Assembly: GCA_016297555.1 (NCBI GenBank)
Contig: JAEDGK010000001.1
Location: 1-49,155, forward strand
Direction of reading: 5' to 3'
Length of the DNA stretch: 49,155 bases
Origin: Clostridiaceae bacterium
GTDB taxonomy: Bacteria; Bacillota; Clostridia; Oscillospirales; Acutalibacteraceae
In this document: positions 9,839 through 19,798 of the stretch, one piece after another
Position numbering within the stretch: the first letter of the stretch is position 1
How the letters are laid out: every line of letters begins with the position of its first letter
The notes under the pieces: model-generated
The model's database searches: none
Told to the model about the DNA's origin: nothing
What the model saw: only the letters and a program-made list of their open reading frames with translations
Translations under genes and position numbers: made by a program

Positions 9839-11512
9839 ATGAGCAATAAAAAAAGCCAAAAGAAGGCGGCAAAGCCCGTTAATTCAAACGCCGGCGAAAA
9901 AACAACGGAGAAAAAAGGGGTAAACAAATCAACCCGCAACATTCTCATTGCCGCGGCGGCGGTTGTGGTTGTTGCCGCCGCCGTGCTTATCGGAGTTTTT
10001 GCCGTGAAGCCCGCAATCGAAAAGAGCAAGGAGCCGGCAACCTTTTCAGTTGAAGGCGGTTCGTCAAACGAGGGCGAGAGCTATAACTATATTGATTATA
10101 ACGGTGTGCGTATGCCCAAGGAGTTTGCCGAGGTGCTTAATCAGGCGGCGATTGATTCAAAAAAAGCCTGTGACGAATACGGCGTTGCTTTAAAGGTGGG
10201 CGACAGAGAGATTTCAACGCCCGAGTTCGTTTTTTATTACATTGACCAATACTACGCCAAGGTTGGCGAGGTTGAAACCTCAAAGAGCGAGAATAACGGC
10301 GAAAACCGCACGGGCTATGACCCGCTTGTTTTGCCCGACGCTCAGCAATGCCTTAATAAAGGCTACACCTGGGCGGAAAACTTTACTCAAAAAGCCATTG
10401 AAAATATGATTTATTACTATGAGGGCTTTGATAAAGCGATGGAAGCCGGTATTCAGTTTACCGAAGACGAAATATCGCAGATAATCAGCATTTATTCCCG
10501 AATTGACGAATATTCCAAGACAACCAAAAAGGAGCCGGAGGAGCTTTTGAAAAGCACCTATGCCGACGGGCTGACCTACCCGATGTTTAAGGCAAGGGAA
10601 ATAATGCGTATTTATACGGAGCGATACGAAAGCAACAAAAAAAATGAGCTTTACGACAGCTATTCCGATGAATTTGTTAAATCCAAGCTTGACGCAAATG
10701 TGAATGATTACACGGTTGTCAAGGCGAGGGTTTATCCCATTGAGGGCGTTTATGACGAGGATGAGGTTGCAAAAATAACCAACGAAAAGGAATTCCTTGA
10801 TTATGCAAACGGCAATTATCCCGGTCAGGGCTATAATGCCGAAATCACAACGCAGTGTTTTTATACAAGACACAGCACCATTGAGGATGTTTACGGCGAG
10901 GTGGTTGCCGATTGGATTTTTGACCCCGCGAGAAAGCCGGGCGAGGTGGGCGTTGTGGAGGACTTCCTTTTCAGATATGTTATTTATATTGAGAAGCTTC
11001 CTTTCCTGAATACGAGCTGCAATGTTCTCATCTTTGAAAACGCCGTCGATTCCTCAACAATGAACGCGGAGCAGATTGAAGAAAGCAGAAAGAGCGTTGA
11101 AGAGCAGTATGAGGAATGGAAAAAGAACGGAGCCTCAAAAGAAGATTTCATAAAGCTCTGCGAAAATTCAGATTACGGCGCGGAAAGGCTTGTGCGAAAC
11201 GGCGCATACAGCTATGAAATCAATAATTGGCTTCTTGACGATTCCCGCAAGGCGGGCGACTCGGCTTATTTTTATGATGATGACGGCGTTTATATTTTCT
11301 ATTATCTTCAAAAAAATACCGACGATTACGATTGGGATGTCTATATCAGAACCGAGCAGAGCCAAAGCGATTACGACGCGCTTTATGAGGAAGCAAAGAA
11401 AGAGGATTATTCCGTCAAGCGTTATGATTCGGATATAACCAAGGGTCAAAAGAGTGCAAATGTCAGAATAACCGAAAAAATCAACGAGGCAAAGGCAAAA
11501 GAAGAAAGTTAA
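9839..11512 (+). CDS. Membrane-anchored extracytoplasmic SurA/PrsA-like foldase, divergent
   Basis: Lys-rich N-tail, one TM helix, 'VGDREISTPEFVFYY' SurA-N-like segment and two 'W(I/L)(F/L)D..RK.G(E/D)' parvulin-like repeats. Confidence 0.55.
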   Translation: MSNKKSQKKAAKPVNSNAGEKTTEKKGVNKSTRNILIAAAAVVVVAAAVLIGVFAVKPAIEKSKEPATFSVEGGSSNEGESYNYIDYNGVRMPKEFAEVLNQAAIDSKKACDEYGVALKVGDREISTPEFVFYYIDQYYAKVGEVETSKSENNGENRTGYDPLVLPDAQQCLNKGYTWAENFTQKAIENMIYYYEGFDKAMEAGIQFTEDEISQIISIYSRIDEYSKTTKKEPEELLKSTYADGLTYPMFKAREIMRIYTERYESNKKNELYDSYSDEFVKSKLDANVNDYTVVKARVYPIEGVYDEDEVAKITNEKEFLDYANGNYPGQGYNAEITTQCFYTRHSTIEDVYGEVVADWIFDPARKPGEVGVVEDFLFRYVIYIEKLPFLNTSCNVLIFENAVDSSTMNAEQIEESRKSVEEQYEEWKKNGASKEDFIKLCENSDYGAERLVRNGAYSYEINNWLLDDSRKAGDSAYFYDDDGVYIFYYLQKNTDDYDWDVYIRTEQSQSDYDALYEEAKKEDYSVKRYDSDITKGQKSANVRITEKINEAKAKEES

Positions 11513-11525
11513 AATCATATGACCG

Positions 11526-11573
11526 AAAAGCGGCGCACATCGGCAATCAAAACCGATGTATGCCGCTTTTTTT
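11526..11573 (+). terminator. Rho-independent terminator
   Basis: AAAAGCGGCGCACATCGG / CCGATGTATGCCGCTTTT stem followed by a T-run. Confidence 0.8.
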
Positions 11574-11719
11574 ACAAACAGTTAAACTTCACGCAAAAAA
11601 ATCATAAAATAAGTCTTTTATTTTATAACATATAGTGGTATAATATCACTTAACTATGGAAAAACCATATTATCCCAGCATAAAAAATACAGGATTTTCC
11701 TGAAAAACGGGAGGAAAAA

Positions 11720-12430
11720 ATGTCTGATATTATTTCCGTAAATAATCTTAGCAAATCTTACGGCAGCCATCAGGTTTTGTCGAATGTATCCTTCAACTTC
11801 GAGGGCGGGCAGATAATCGGTCTCCTCGGCCCCAACGGAAGCGGAAAAACTTCTCTTATAAAAATTCTGACGGGGCTTATTCACGATTATTCGGGTCAGG
11901 TGCTCATTGACGGCGACGAGCCGGGAGTTATAACCAAGGCAAAGGTAGCCTATCTGCCCGAAAAAACATACCTTGCGGATTGGATGCGCTCGGTTGACGC
12001 CATCAACTTTATGGCAGATTTTTATAAGGATTTTGACAAGGAAAAGGCGTTTAAAATGCTCGATTCCTTCCAGCTTCCGCCAAAGCAGAAGATAAAGACA
12101 ATGTCAAAGGGTATGCAGGAAAAGCTGCAGCTTCTTCTTGTTATGTGCCGCAATGCCAAGCTCTATGTGCTGGACGAGCCTCTGGGCGGCGTTGACCCTG
12201 CGGCAAGAGCTTTTATTCTTGACACAATAATGAAAAATCATCCCGAGGGCTCAACCGTCCTCATATCCACTCACCTGATTTATGATGTTGAGAGAATTTT
12301 CAACTCCGTGCTGATGATAGGCAGAGGTCAGGTTCTTGTTAAGTCCCGCGTGGAGGACATAACGGGAGCGGGCAAAACGATTGAGGATTTGTTCAAGGAG
12401 GTGTTCGGCTATGCTTGGCAAGTTAATTAA
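11720..12430 (+). CDS. ABC transporter ATP-binding protein (ABC-2 type)
   Basis: GPNGSGKT, MSKGM, LDEP and STH motifs. Confidence 0.92.
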   Translation: MSDIISVNNLSKSYGSHQVLSNVSFNFEGGQIIGLLGPNGSGKTSLIKILTGLIHDYSGQVLIDGDEPGVITKAKVAYLPEKTYLADWMRSVDAINFMADFYKDFDKEKAFKMLDSFQLPPKQKIKTMSKGMQEKLQLLLVMCRNAKLYVLDEPLGGVDPAARAFILDTIMKNHPEGSTVLISTHLIYDVERIFNSVLMIGRGQVLVKSRVEDITGAGKTIEDLFKEVFGYAWQVN

Positions 12431-13223
12431 GAATGAATTTAAGGCAAACGCCCACACAATCGGTATGATTTACGCCGTTGCGGCGGCGGCAATAGCCCTT
12501 ATGGCGGCGTCATATATCGCCAAAATAACATGGATAAGCGCGCTGTCAACCATCGTTCTGATAGCCACGGGTATTATCGCCGTAATCGTTACATTCATCT
12601 GCGTTGTTTCCAATTTCCAAAAAACGCTTTTCGGCAATCAGGGCTATCTGAGCTTTACTCTGCCCGTTACGAGCGGTCAGCTTCTTGCGGCTAAAACGAT
12701 AACCTCGTTTATATGGATGCTGCTCAGCTATGTGGTTGCAATCGGCATTTTTATCGGCGTTTATCTTTATGCAAGCGCTATGATAGGCGAGGATGTAAAG
12801 CTTGCCTTTCAAATGCTTACAATGATGTTTGAGGGTCTTCCCTCGGCTTCAACGATTAAGGCGGTCATTGCAATATTTGCCCTTGTCGTCTTTATAAGAA
12901 TAGTCGTTCTCATAGCGCAGCTTTTCTTTGCAATAACCCTTGCAAACACAAGAGTTATGCAGAAGCTCGGCGGCTTTGCGGCTTTTGTTGTTTTCTTTAC
13001 CGTTTTCATCGTTATGCAGATAATCGGTCTGCTGCTCGCGCAGTATGTTCCCCTCACGATAGTTCTCACGGGCGACGGTCTGTTTTACAGCACAACCTCC
13101 ACGATGTCAGACCCCGTAGGTCTCAGCTTCGGCATTGCGGGCACGCTGTTTAATGTTGTATGCGCCGCTCTGCTCTTCTTCGGAACGGCAAAGCTGATGA
13201 ACACAAAGGTTAACATCAAGTAA
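12411..13223 (+). CDS. ABC transporter permease
   Basis: MLGKLIKNEF start after AAGGAGGTG; six hydrophobic helices; GYLSFTLPV...LLAAK motif. Confidence 0.85.
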   Translation: MLGKLIKNEFKANAHTIGMIYAVAAAAIALMAASYIAKITWISALSTIVLIATGIIAVIVTFICVVSNFQKTLFGNQGYLSFTLPVTSGQLLAAKTITSFIWMLLSYVVAIGIFIGVYLYASAMIGEDVKLAFQMLTMMFEGLPSASTIKAVIAIFALVVFIRIVVLIAQLFFAITLANTRVMQKLGGFAAFVVFFTVFIVMQIIGLLLAQYVPLTIVLTGDGLFYSTTSTMSDPVGLSFGIAGTLFNVVCAALLFFGTAKLMNTKVNIK

Positions 13224-13235
13224 GGAGCGATTGTA

Positions 13236-14396
13236 ATTAAAATCGGTGTTTTCGGAGGAACCTTTAACCCGCCCCATATCGGTCATACCCGCCTTGCCAA
13301 AGAGGCGGCGGATTTTCTGGGGCTTGATAAGGTGCTTATAATCCCCTCCTGTATCCCTCCCCATAAAATTCCTGGCAAGCTTGCCGACGGAGCCGCAAGG
13401 CTCGAAATGTGCCGCCTCGCATTCGGGGGCGACAGCCGCTTTGAGGTTTCGCCGATTGAGCTTGAGCGCGGAAACAGAAGCTATACCGTTGAAACTCTGA
13501 GAGAGCTTAAAAAGCTTTATCCGGGCGACGAGCTTTATTTTATCATCGGCTCCGATATGCTCGAAACGCTTAACCGCTGGTATCTGTGGGAGGAAATAAT
13601 TTCACTTGCGTTTATCTGCGCGGCTTCAAGAGAAAAGGGCTATCAGCCCGAGCTTTCGCAGTTTACGCCCGAGCAGAGAGAAAAAATAATTTTTCTTGAG
13701 CTTGAGCCTCTTGAAGTCAGCTCCACAGCCGTCAGGGCTAAGGCTGCCTGCGGCGGCTCCGAAATGCTTGACCCTAAGGTGGCGGAATATATTATGCAAA
13801 ACGGACTTTATGACGACGGATTGGGAAATTTCAGGCAAATCCTTGCTGAAAGGCTTGACGAAAAGCGGATTTATCACAGCGAATGTGTGAGCGAATGTGC
13901 CGCCGTGCTTGCCGAAAAATACGGCGCAGACGCCGAAAAGGCAAGGATTGCGGGCTTGCTTCACGATGTTACGAAAAACGCGGGCAAGGCGGAGCAGCTT
14001 GAATTGACCGCTCGCGCAGGCGAAGCTTTAAGCTCTGTTGACAGAGCCAATCCCAAGGTCTGGCATCAGATATCGGGCGCGGCTTTTCTGAAGCTGAAAG
14101 GAATTGTTTCGGATGAAGAAATTCTCGGCGCGGTCAGGTGGCACACAACGGGCAAGGCTGGAATGAGCCTGCTTGAAAAAATAGTTTACACGGCGGATTT
14201 TATTTCTGCGGACAGGGATTACCCCGATGTGGGCGTTGTCAGGCGGCTTGCGGATATCAGCCTTGAACACGCAATTTTGTATACATCGCGCTACACCGTG
14301 GAAAAATTAATATCTAAGGATTTGCCTATTCACCCTGCAACGGTGGATTGCTATAACGATATGCTGCTGCATTTTATGAAGCAGAAAGGACATTGA
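13236..14396 (+). CDS. nadD: Nicotinate-nucleotide adenylyltransferase fused to YqeK-type HD domain
   Basis: In-frame (I/M)KIGVFGGTFNPPHIGH lies upstream of the ORF-track start; PPHK, SYTVET, IIGSD and VSST motifs, then RIYHSECV...LLHDVTK...WHTTG...ADFIS (YqeK). Apparent ATT start 8 nt after AAGGAG. Confidence 0.9.
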   Translation: MKIGVFGGTFNPPHIGHTRLAKEAADFLGLDKVLIIPSCIPPHKIPGKLADGAARLEMCRLAFGGDSRFEVSPIELERGNRSYTVETLRELKKLYPGDELYFIIGSDMLETLNRWYLWEEIISLAFICAASREKGYQPELSQFTPEQREKIIFLELEPLEVSSTAVRAKAACGGSEMLDPKVAEYIMQNGLYDDGLGNFRQILAERLDEKRIYHSECVSECAAVLAEKYGADAEKARIAGLLHDVTKNAGKAEQLELTARAGEALSSVDRANPKVWHQISGAAFLKLKGIVSDEEILGAVRWHTTGKAGMSLLEKIVYTADFISADRDYPDVGVVRRLADISLEHAILYTSRYTVEKLISKDLPIHPATVDCYNDMLLHFMKQKGH

Positions 14397-14397
14397 T

Positions 14398-14757
14398 ATG
14401 GATTCAAAAGAACTTGTAAAAGAAATAGCAAAGGTGCTCGATGAAAAAAAGGCGATTGACATAAAGGCTATCAAGACCGAGGAGGTCACGATAGTTTCGG
14501 ATTATTTCGTTATCGCCTCAGGCACATCAAACACTCACACAAAGTCTCTTGCCGATGATGTTGAGTATGAAATAAAACAGCGCACGGGCATTGCTCCCGA
14601 GCACATCGAGGGCAGAGCAACGGGTTGGATTTTGCTTGATTACGGAACGGTTATCGTTCACATTTTTCAGCAGGAAAACAGAGAATATTATAATCTCGAA
14701 AGGCTGTGGGCGGACGCAAGCATAGTCGATTTGAGCGATATTATTACAGAGAATTAA
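14398..14757 (+). CDS. rsfS: Ribosome silencing factor
   Basis: KKAIDI, DYFVIASG, WILLDYG.VIVHIF and REYYNLERLW motifs. Confidence 0.95.
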   Translation: MDSKELVKEIAKVLDEKKAIDIKAIKTEEVTIVSDYFVIASGTSNTHTKSLADDVEYEIKQRTGIAPEHIEGRATGWILLDYGTVIVHIFQQENREYYNLERLWADASIVDLSDIITEN

Positions 14758-14777
14758 GGAGAGGTGTTGTTGCTTTT

Positions 14778-17201
14778 ATGGCACAGTACGATTACGCTAA
14801 TATAGAAAAGAAATGGCAAAAATATTGGGATGAGCACGAAACCTTTAAGACAGATGTTTGGGATTTTTCAAAGCCCAAGTTCTATGTTCTTGATATGTTT
14901 CCCTATCCCTCGGGCGTAGGTCTTCATGCGGGTCACCCCGAAGGCTACACAGCCACCGACATTGTTTCAAGAATGAAGAGAATGCAGGGCTATAATGTTC
15001 TTCACCCTATGGGCTACGATTCATTCGGTCTTCCCGCAGAGCAGTATGCCGTTAAGACGGGTCACAATCCCAACGGCTTCACTCAGGATAACATAAAGAC
15101 CTTCTCAAAACAGCTTAAAGAGCTCGGCTTTGACTATGACTGGTCAAAGATGATTGCCACCTCAGACCCCTCATATTACAAGTGGACGCAGTGGATTTTC
15201 AAGCAGCTCTACCTTAAAGGCTATGCAAAGCTTGTTGATATTCCCGTAAACTGGTGCGAAGAGCTTGGCACTGTTCTCGCAAACGATGAGGTTATTGACG
15301 GCAAGAGTGAGCGCGGCGGCTATCCCGTAGTCCGCAAGAATATGAAGCAGTGGGTTATCGATCAGGTTGCGTTTGCCGAAGAGCTTCTCGACGGGCTGAA
15401 TGAAATTGATTGGCCCGAATCAACAAAGGATATGCAGCGCCATTGGATAGGCAAAAGCACGGGTGTTGAGGTAGAATTCCAGCTCGTCGGCGGCGGAAAA
15501 TTCTCAATCTTCACTACTTGTATTGAAACAATTTACGGCATTACATTTATGGTTTTGGCTCCCGACGGCGATCTTGTCAAGGAGCTTATGCCGAGAATTG
15601 AAAATAAAGATGAGGTTAACGCATATATTCAGGAAACCGTCAAAAAGTCCGATATGGACCGTACCGACCTCAACAAAACAAAATCGGGCTGTCCTCTTAA
15701 AGGCATCTATGCCATAAATCCCGTAAACGGCAAAGAGGTTCCCGTTTATATCGGCGATTTTGTTCTTGCAAGCTACGGCACAGGCGCGGTTATGGCAGTT
15801 CCCGCCCACGACCAGCGTGACTTTGAATATGCCGTAGTACATAATATCCCCATGATTCAGGTTATTGACGGCGCCGATGTTTCGGAATGTGCCTTTGAAA
15901 AGGGCAGTTATCTCGGCAAGGGCTGTAAGCTTATCAATTCAGAGGAATTTACGGGTCTTACGGTTGAAGAAGCAAAGGAGGCTATCACACAGAAGCTTGA
16001 AAAGATGGGAGTTGCCAAAAGAAAGGTTAACTACCATTTCCGCGAGTGGATCTTTGCAAGGCAGCGTTATTGGGGCGAGCCCGTGCCTGTTTATTACACA
16101 GACGACGGCGAAATCCATGTTCTTGATGACGAAGAGCTTCCGCTTGTTCTTCCCGAGCTTGAAGAATATAAGGGCAAGAACGGTCAGGCGCCTCTTGAAA
16201 ATGCAGAGGATTGGAAATATATCGAAAGAAACGGCGTTAAGGGCAAGCGTGAAACCTCAACAATGCCCGGCTCGGCAGGCTCAAGCTGGTATTATATGAG
16301 ATATATTGATCCCCATAACGAAAATGCAATCTGCGATCCCGAGCTTCTCAAGCATTGGCTTCCCGTTGACCTTTATGTGGGCGGCCCCGAGCATGCGGTA
16401 GGTCACCTGATGTATTCAAGAATCTGGAACAGATTTCTCTATAACGAAGGGGTTTCACCCGTAAAAGAGCCTTTCCGTAAGCTTGTTCATCAGGGTATGA
16501 TTCTTGGCTCAAACGGCATCAAGATGGGCAAGAGATTCCCCGAATATGTTGTTAATCCTTCGGATATAGTTCGTGATTACGGCGCAGATACTCTCCGTCT
16601 CTATGAGATGTTTATGGGTCCCCTTGAAGCGTCAAAGCCTTGGAGCAATCAGGGCGTTGAGGGTGCAAAGCGTTTCCTTTCAAGAGTCTGGAATTTCTTC
16701 ACCGATGAGTCAAAGTTGAATGACAGCAAGTATGCGGAGCTTGAAAAAATCTATAATGTTACAATCCGTAAGGTTACAAAAGACTTTGAGCAGCTTGCTT
16801 TCAACACGGCAATCAGCCAGATGATGATTTTTGTCAATGCGATTTATAAGGCGGACAGCTGCCCCAAGGAATTTGCAGAGGGCTTCATTAAGGTGCTCAG
16901 CCCCATTGCTCCCCACATCTGCGAAGAAATCTGGGAAAAGTTCGGTCACAGCGAAACAATCGCATTTGAAAGCTGGCCGACCTATGACGAAGCAAAGTGC
17001 GTTGATGACGAGGTTGAAATTGCCGTTCAGATTAACGGCAAGGTCAGAGAGAAGCTTGTTGTTTCCGCAGACGCCGAGGCGGACGAGGCTATCGCCGCCG
17101 CAAAGAGCCTTGAAAAAATCGCCGAGGCAATCAACGGAATGACGGTTGTTAAGGAGCTTTATGTCAAGGGCAGACTTGTAAATATAGTAGTAAAGCCGTA
17201 A
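14778..17201 (+). CDS. leuS: Leucine--tRNA ligase
   Basis: LDMFPYPSGVGLHAGH, GTGAVMAVPAHDQRD (editing domain), RQRYWG, GPEHAVGHL and YGADTLRLY. Confidence 0.97.
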   Translation: MAQYDYANIEKKWQKYWDEHETFKTDVWDFSKPKFYVLDMFPYPSGVGLHAGHPEGYTATDIVSRMKRMQGYNVLHPMGYDSFGLPAEQYAVKTGHNPNGFTQDNIKTFSKQLKELGFDYDWSKMIATSDPSYYKWTQWIFKQLYLKGYAKLVDIPVNWCEELGTVLANDEVIDGKSERGGYPVVRKNMKQWVIDQVAFAEELLDGLNEIDWPESTKDMQRHWIGKSTGVEVEFQLVGGGKFSIFTTCIETIYGITFMVLAPDGDLVKELMPRIENKDEVNAYIQETVKKSDMDRTDLNKTKSGCPLKGIYAINPVNGKEVPVYIGDFVLASYGTGAVMAVPAHDQRDFEYAVVHNIPMIQVIDGADVSECAFEKGSYLGKGCKLINSEEFTGLTVEEAKEAITQKLEKMGVAKRKVNYHFREWIFARQRYWGEPVPVYYTDDGEIHVLDDEELPLVLPELEEYKGKNGQAPLENAEDWKYIERNGVKGKRETSTMPGSAGSSWYYMRYIDPHNENAICDPELLKHWLPVDLYVGGPEHAVGHLMYSRIWNRFLYNEGVSPVKEPFRKLVHQGMILGSNGIKMGKRFPEYVVNPSDIVRDYGADTLRLYEMFMGPLEASKPWSNQGVEGAKRFLSRVWNFFTDESKLNDSKYAELEKIYNVTIRKVTKDFEQLAFNTAISQMMIFVNAIYKADSCPKEFAEGFIKVLSPIAPHICEEIWEKFGHSETIAFESWPTYDEAKCVDDEVEIAVQINGKVREKLVVSADAEADEAIAAAKSLEKIAEAINGMTVVKELYVKGRLVNIVVKP

Positions 17202-17258
17202 ACTCCGATATTTAAAGTTTTTTGGATTTTGACAAAAACACAACAGAGGATGGCATTA

Positions 17259-18389
17259 ATGAAAAGCAGATTTTTAAAAGCGATACTCACTGCGCCGCTC
17301 GCTCCCTTTGCGGCGGCGGCAGGAGCTCCCGTGTCATATAAAAAAGCTCATATCAAGCAGCCTCAGCTTAAATTTTCGCCCGACGGCAAGTTCAGAATTC
17401 TTCATCTTACCGACATTCACGAGGTTGACCCCGAGATGGACGATGATGAAAACAGAGCCGTTCCCCGCGATAAAAGCATAGAGGCGGTCAATGTTATCAA
17501 AAAAAGCATTGAAAAAACAAATCCCGACCTTATCGTTTTCGGCGGCGACAATATCAACGGATATTGGGAGGAGCTGACATACGATTATATCAGCAAAACC
17601 GTTGAAAAGATTACTGCGCCCATAAGAGAAAAGGGTATTCCGTTTGCAGTGGTTTTTGGCAATCACGATTCCGAAATTTATAAAAATTTCAGAGAATTTC
17701 AGATGATGCTATATATGCAGTACGATAATTTTATCGGGTGCCTCAACGCAGAGGAAATGTATGGCTGCGGCAACTGCAACATTCTGATTAAGAGCGGCAA
17801 ATCGGACAAGCCCGCCTATAATATCTGGCTTATCGACTCAAACGATTATCCGTATTCCGAAAGCGGAGAACGCCTGCCGGGCTACGATTGCGTTCACAAG
17901 AGCCAGCTCGATTGGTATGAAAGAACCGCCGAAAAACTCAAAAAAGAGAACGGCGGAAAGCCTTTGCCGTCAATCCTTTTCCAGCATATCCCCGTAATTC
18001 AGGAATGTGACGCGGTGGAGGAAACAACCGCCGACTGCCCCGACGCGATCTATGAGAAAGGCGAGGATAAATATTATACCCTCAAAGAGGAGTATAAAAT
18101 CAGCGGCGAAATGAAGGAGCTGCCCAGCCCGCCTGCTAACGGCGACAGAACGCAGTTTGAGCTTTGGAAAAGGCACGGCGATGTTATAGCGGCATTCTTT
18201 GGTCACGACCATGTCAACGATTTTATTATTGAGGTTGACGGAATAAAGCTCGTTCAGACTTTCAGCACGGGATACCACACCTACGGCGACAAGAGGGGCG
18301 GCAGACTGATAGTTTTGGACGAAAACGAGCCGGATAATATTTTCACCGAAAGCTTCGTAATAGACAGGATAACAAACACGGAATTCTGA
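17259..18389 (+). CDS. Calcineurin-like metallophosphoesterase
   Basis: TDIH, GGDN, GNHD, QHIP and GHDH motifs. Confidence 0.88.
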   Translation: MKSRFLKAILTAPLAPFAAAAGAPVSYKKAHIKQPQLKFSPDGKFRILHLTDIHEVDPEMDDDENRAVPRDKSIEAVNVIKKSIEKTNPDLIVFGGDNINGYWEELTYDYISKTVEKITAPIREKGIPFAVVFGNHDSEIYKNFREFQMMLYMQYDNFIGCLNAEEMYGCGNCNILIKSGKSDKPAYNIWLIDSNDYPYSESGERLPGYDCVHKSQLDWYERTAEKLKKENGGKPLPSILFQHIPVIQECDAVEETTADCPDAIYEKGEDKYYTLKEEYKISGEMKELPSPPANGDRTQFELWKRHGDVIAAFFGHDHVNDFIIEVDGIKLVQTFSTGYHTYGDKRGGRLIVLDENEPDNIFTESFVIDRITNTEF

Positions 18390-18425
18390 TTTTAATGAAC
18401 TTTATAAAATTTAACATTTTAAATG

Positions 18426-18455
18426 TTGACAAGCAGGGTTTAACTATTGTATAAT
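18426..18455 (+). promoter_or_regulatory. Sigma-A promoter of rpsU
   Basis: TTGACA-N18-TATAAT. Confidence 0.75.
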
Positions 18456-18508
18456 ACAAATCAACCTATGAATTATTGTCCCTGTATCAGGCGAGGGGAG
18501 GGAATACA

Positions 18509-18685
18509 TTGAGCCAGGTAAAAGTTAAGGAAGGCGAGTCACTCGAAAACGCACTCAGAAGATTCAAGAGACAGACTTCAAGAGACGGCGTTATTCAGGA
18601 GGTTCGCAAGAGAGAGCATTATGAAAAGCCTTCGGTTAAGAGAAAAAAGAAGTCCGAGGCAGCTCGTAAGCGCAAGTTTAAATAA
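18509..18685 (+). CDS. rpsU: 30S ribosomal protein S21
   Basis: [15 protein letters not shown]...[21 protein letters not shown] start after GGAGG. Confidence 0.97.
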   Translation: MSQVKVKEGESLENALRRFKRQTSRDGVIQEVRKREHYEKPSVKRKKKSEAARKRKFK

Positions 18686-18697
18686 TTAAACTTAAAG

Positions 18698-18732
18698 AAA
18701 AGCATCTTCGCTTTATGCGGAGATGCTTTTTT
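18698..18732 (+). terminator. Terminator after rpsU
   Basis: AAAAGCATCTTCGC / GCGGAGATGCTTTT stem with T-run. Confidence 0.8.
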
Positions 18733-18742
18733 CTTAACAGAG

Positions 18743-18780
18743 AAACGGCTGTATCGGTTGAATTCCGATACAAGCCGTTT
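18743..18780. terminator. Bidirectional hairpin (near-copy of 31615-31652)
   Basis: AAACGGCTGTATCGG-TTGAATT-CCGATACAAGCCGTTT between convergent genes. Confidence 0.65.
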
Positions 18781-18805
18781 TTGATATCAAGTCATTAATC
18801 AGTTT

Positions 18806-19630
18806 TCAAGCTGTTTCAGAAGTGTTTTCCTCCGCCTCTATTGCGGCAAGCTCATAGGGAGAATAGAAAACCGTGCCTGCCTCGCTCCAGGTCATTCTGC
18901 ACTCGTAAACGCCCGATTGAGTCGGCGAAATGCAGCTTTTGTCAAAATAAAAGGCAATTCCGTCCTCGGTCAGATAGAAGTTATCAAGGCTGAAGTTTTC
19001 TGCGATTGCCTTGCGCTGATTTTCGGAAAGAGAGCCCGCATCGCCGTAAAACTCTTTATCTGCCTTATAAATAATAATATTATTGACGAGTTCCTCGTCG
19101 ATAACGGATTTATTTTCCTTATCGATTGCAAAGGTAAGGGCGGAGCAGGGCTCGCCCGTTTTAAGGTCGAAGCATTTTGTTTGGTAGCTCGGGTCGGCTT
19201 CTCCGCCCGTGTATGAAAAATATTCTTTGATGAGGAAGCAGGTAAAACGGCTGTCGGAATAAGTGGTTTCAAAAGTGACCTTTGAAGTCCAAGGCTTTTC
19301 GCTTTTTGAATTATCCATAAAAGCGGCGGCGTTTTTTATGTTGTTTTCCGCAAATCTGCATTTTTCTTCAAAGATTTCAAGCGCGGTCTTGTTGACATAA
19401 TCCATAACAGTTTTTTCGCAGTTTTCGGAAATCTGCGGCAGAGTAACATCAACAGAAACCACCGTGCGCCCGTTTTCGTCCTTAAATTCCTTTTGAAGCT
19501 GTTTGCTTTCTATGACGGGAGGGGGAGCGGCGGTCGGCTCGGTCTGCGACTTGCCCGAAGTCTTTGCAGAGCAGGCGGCAAAAGAGAAAAGCAGGGAAAA
19601 TATTAAAGCAACGCTTAAAAATCTTTTCAT
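18806..19630 (-). CDS. Lipoprotein with DUF4163/DUF3298 (RsiV/PdaC-like) domains
   Basis: Lipobox FAAC; YTGGE, FDLKTG and NFYLTEDGIAFYF...ISP motifs. Confidence 0.75.
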   Translation of the reverse strand: MKRFLSVALIFSLLFSFAACSAKTSGKSQTEPTAAPPPVIESKQLQKEFKDENGRTVVSVDVTLPQISENCEKTVMDYVNKTALEIFEEKCRFAENNIKNAAAFMDNSKSEKPWTSKVTFETTYSDSRFTCFLIKEYFSYTGGEADPSYQTKCFDLKTGEPCSALTFAIDKENKSVIDEELVNNIIIYKADKEFYGDAGSLSENQRKAIAENFSLDNFYLTEDGIAFYFDKSCISPTQSGVYECRMTWSEAGTVFYSPYELAAIEAEENTSETA

Positions 19631-19798
19631 TGAATTAAGCACCTTTCAGTTATTGTGTTGTTAATTATTCTATCATTAAATTCTTTGTTAATCAAGGCGG
19701 ATATTATTAATTTTTGTATTTAGCAGGTATTGCTTTTTTACAGTATGTAATATAAAATTAAATGGGATTATGCCTTTTTGGAAAGGAAGGTAAACAAT

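Noticed and set aside
13332..14396. GTG start for nadD given by the ORF track
   Set aside because: It would delete the catalytic GGTFNPPHIGH motif.
14700..14777. T-box leader for leuS
   Set aside because: Only 20 bp separate rsfS and leuS; there is no room for one and no T-box motif.
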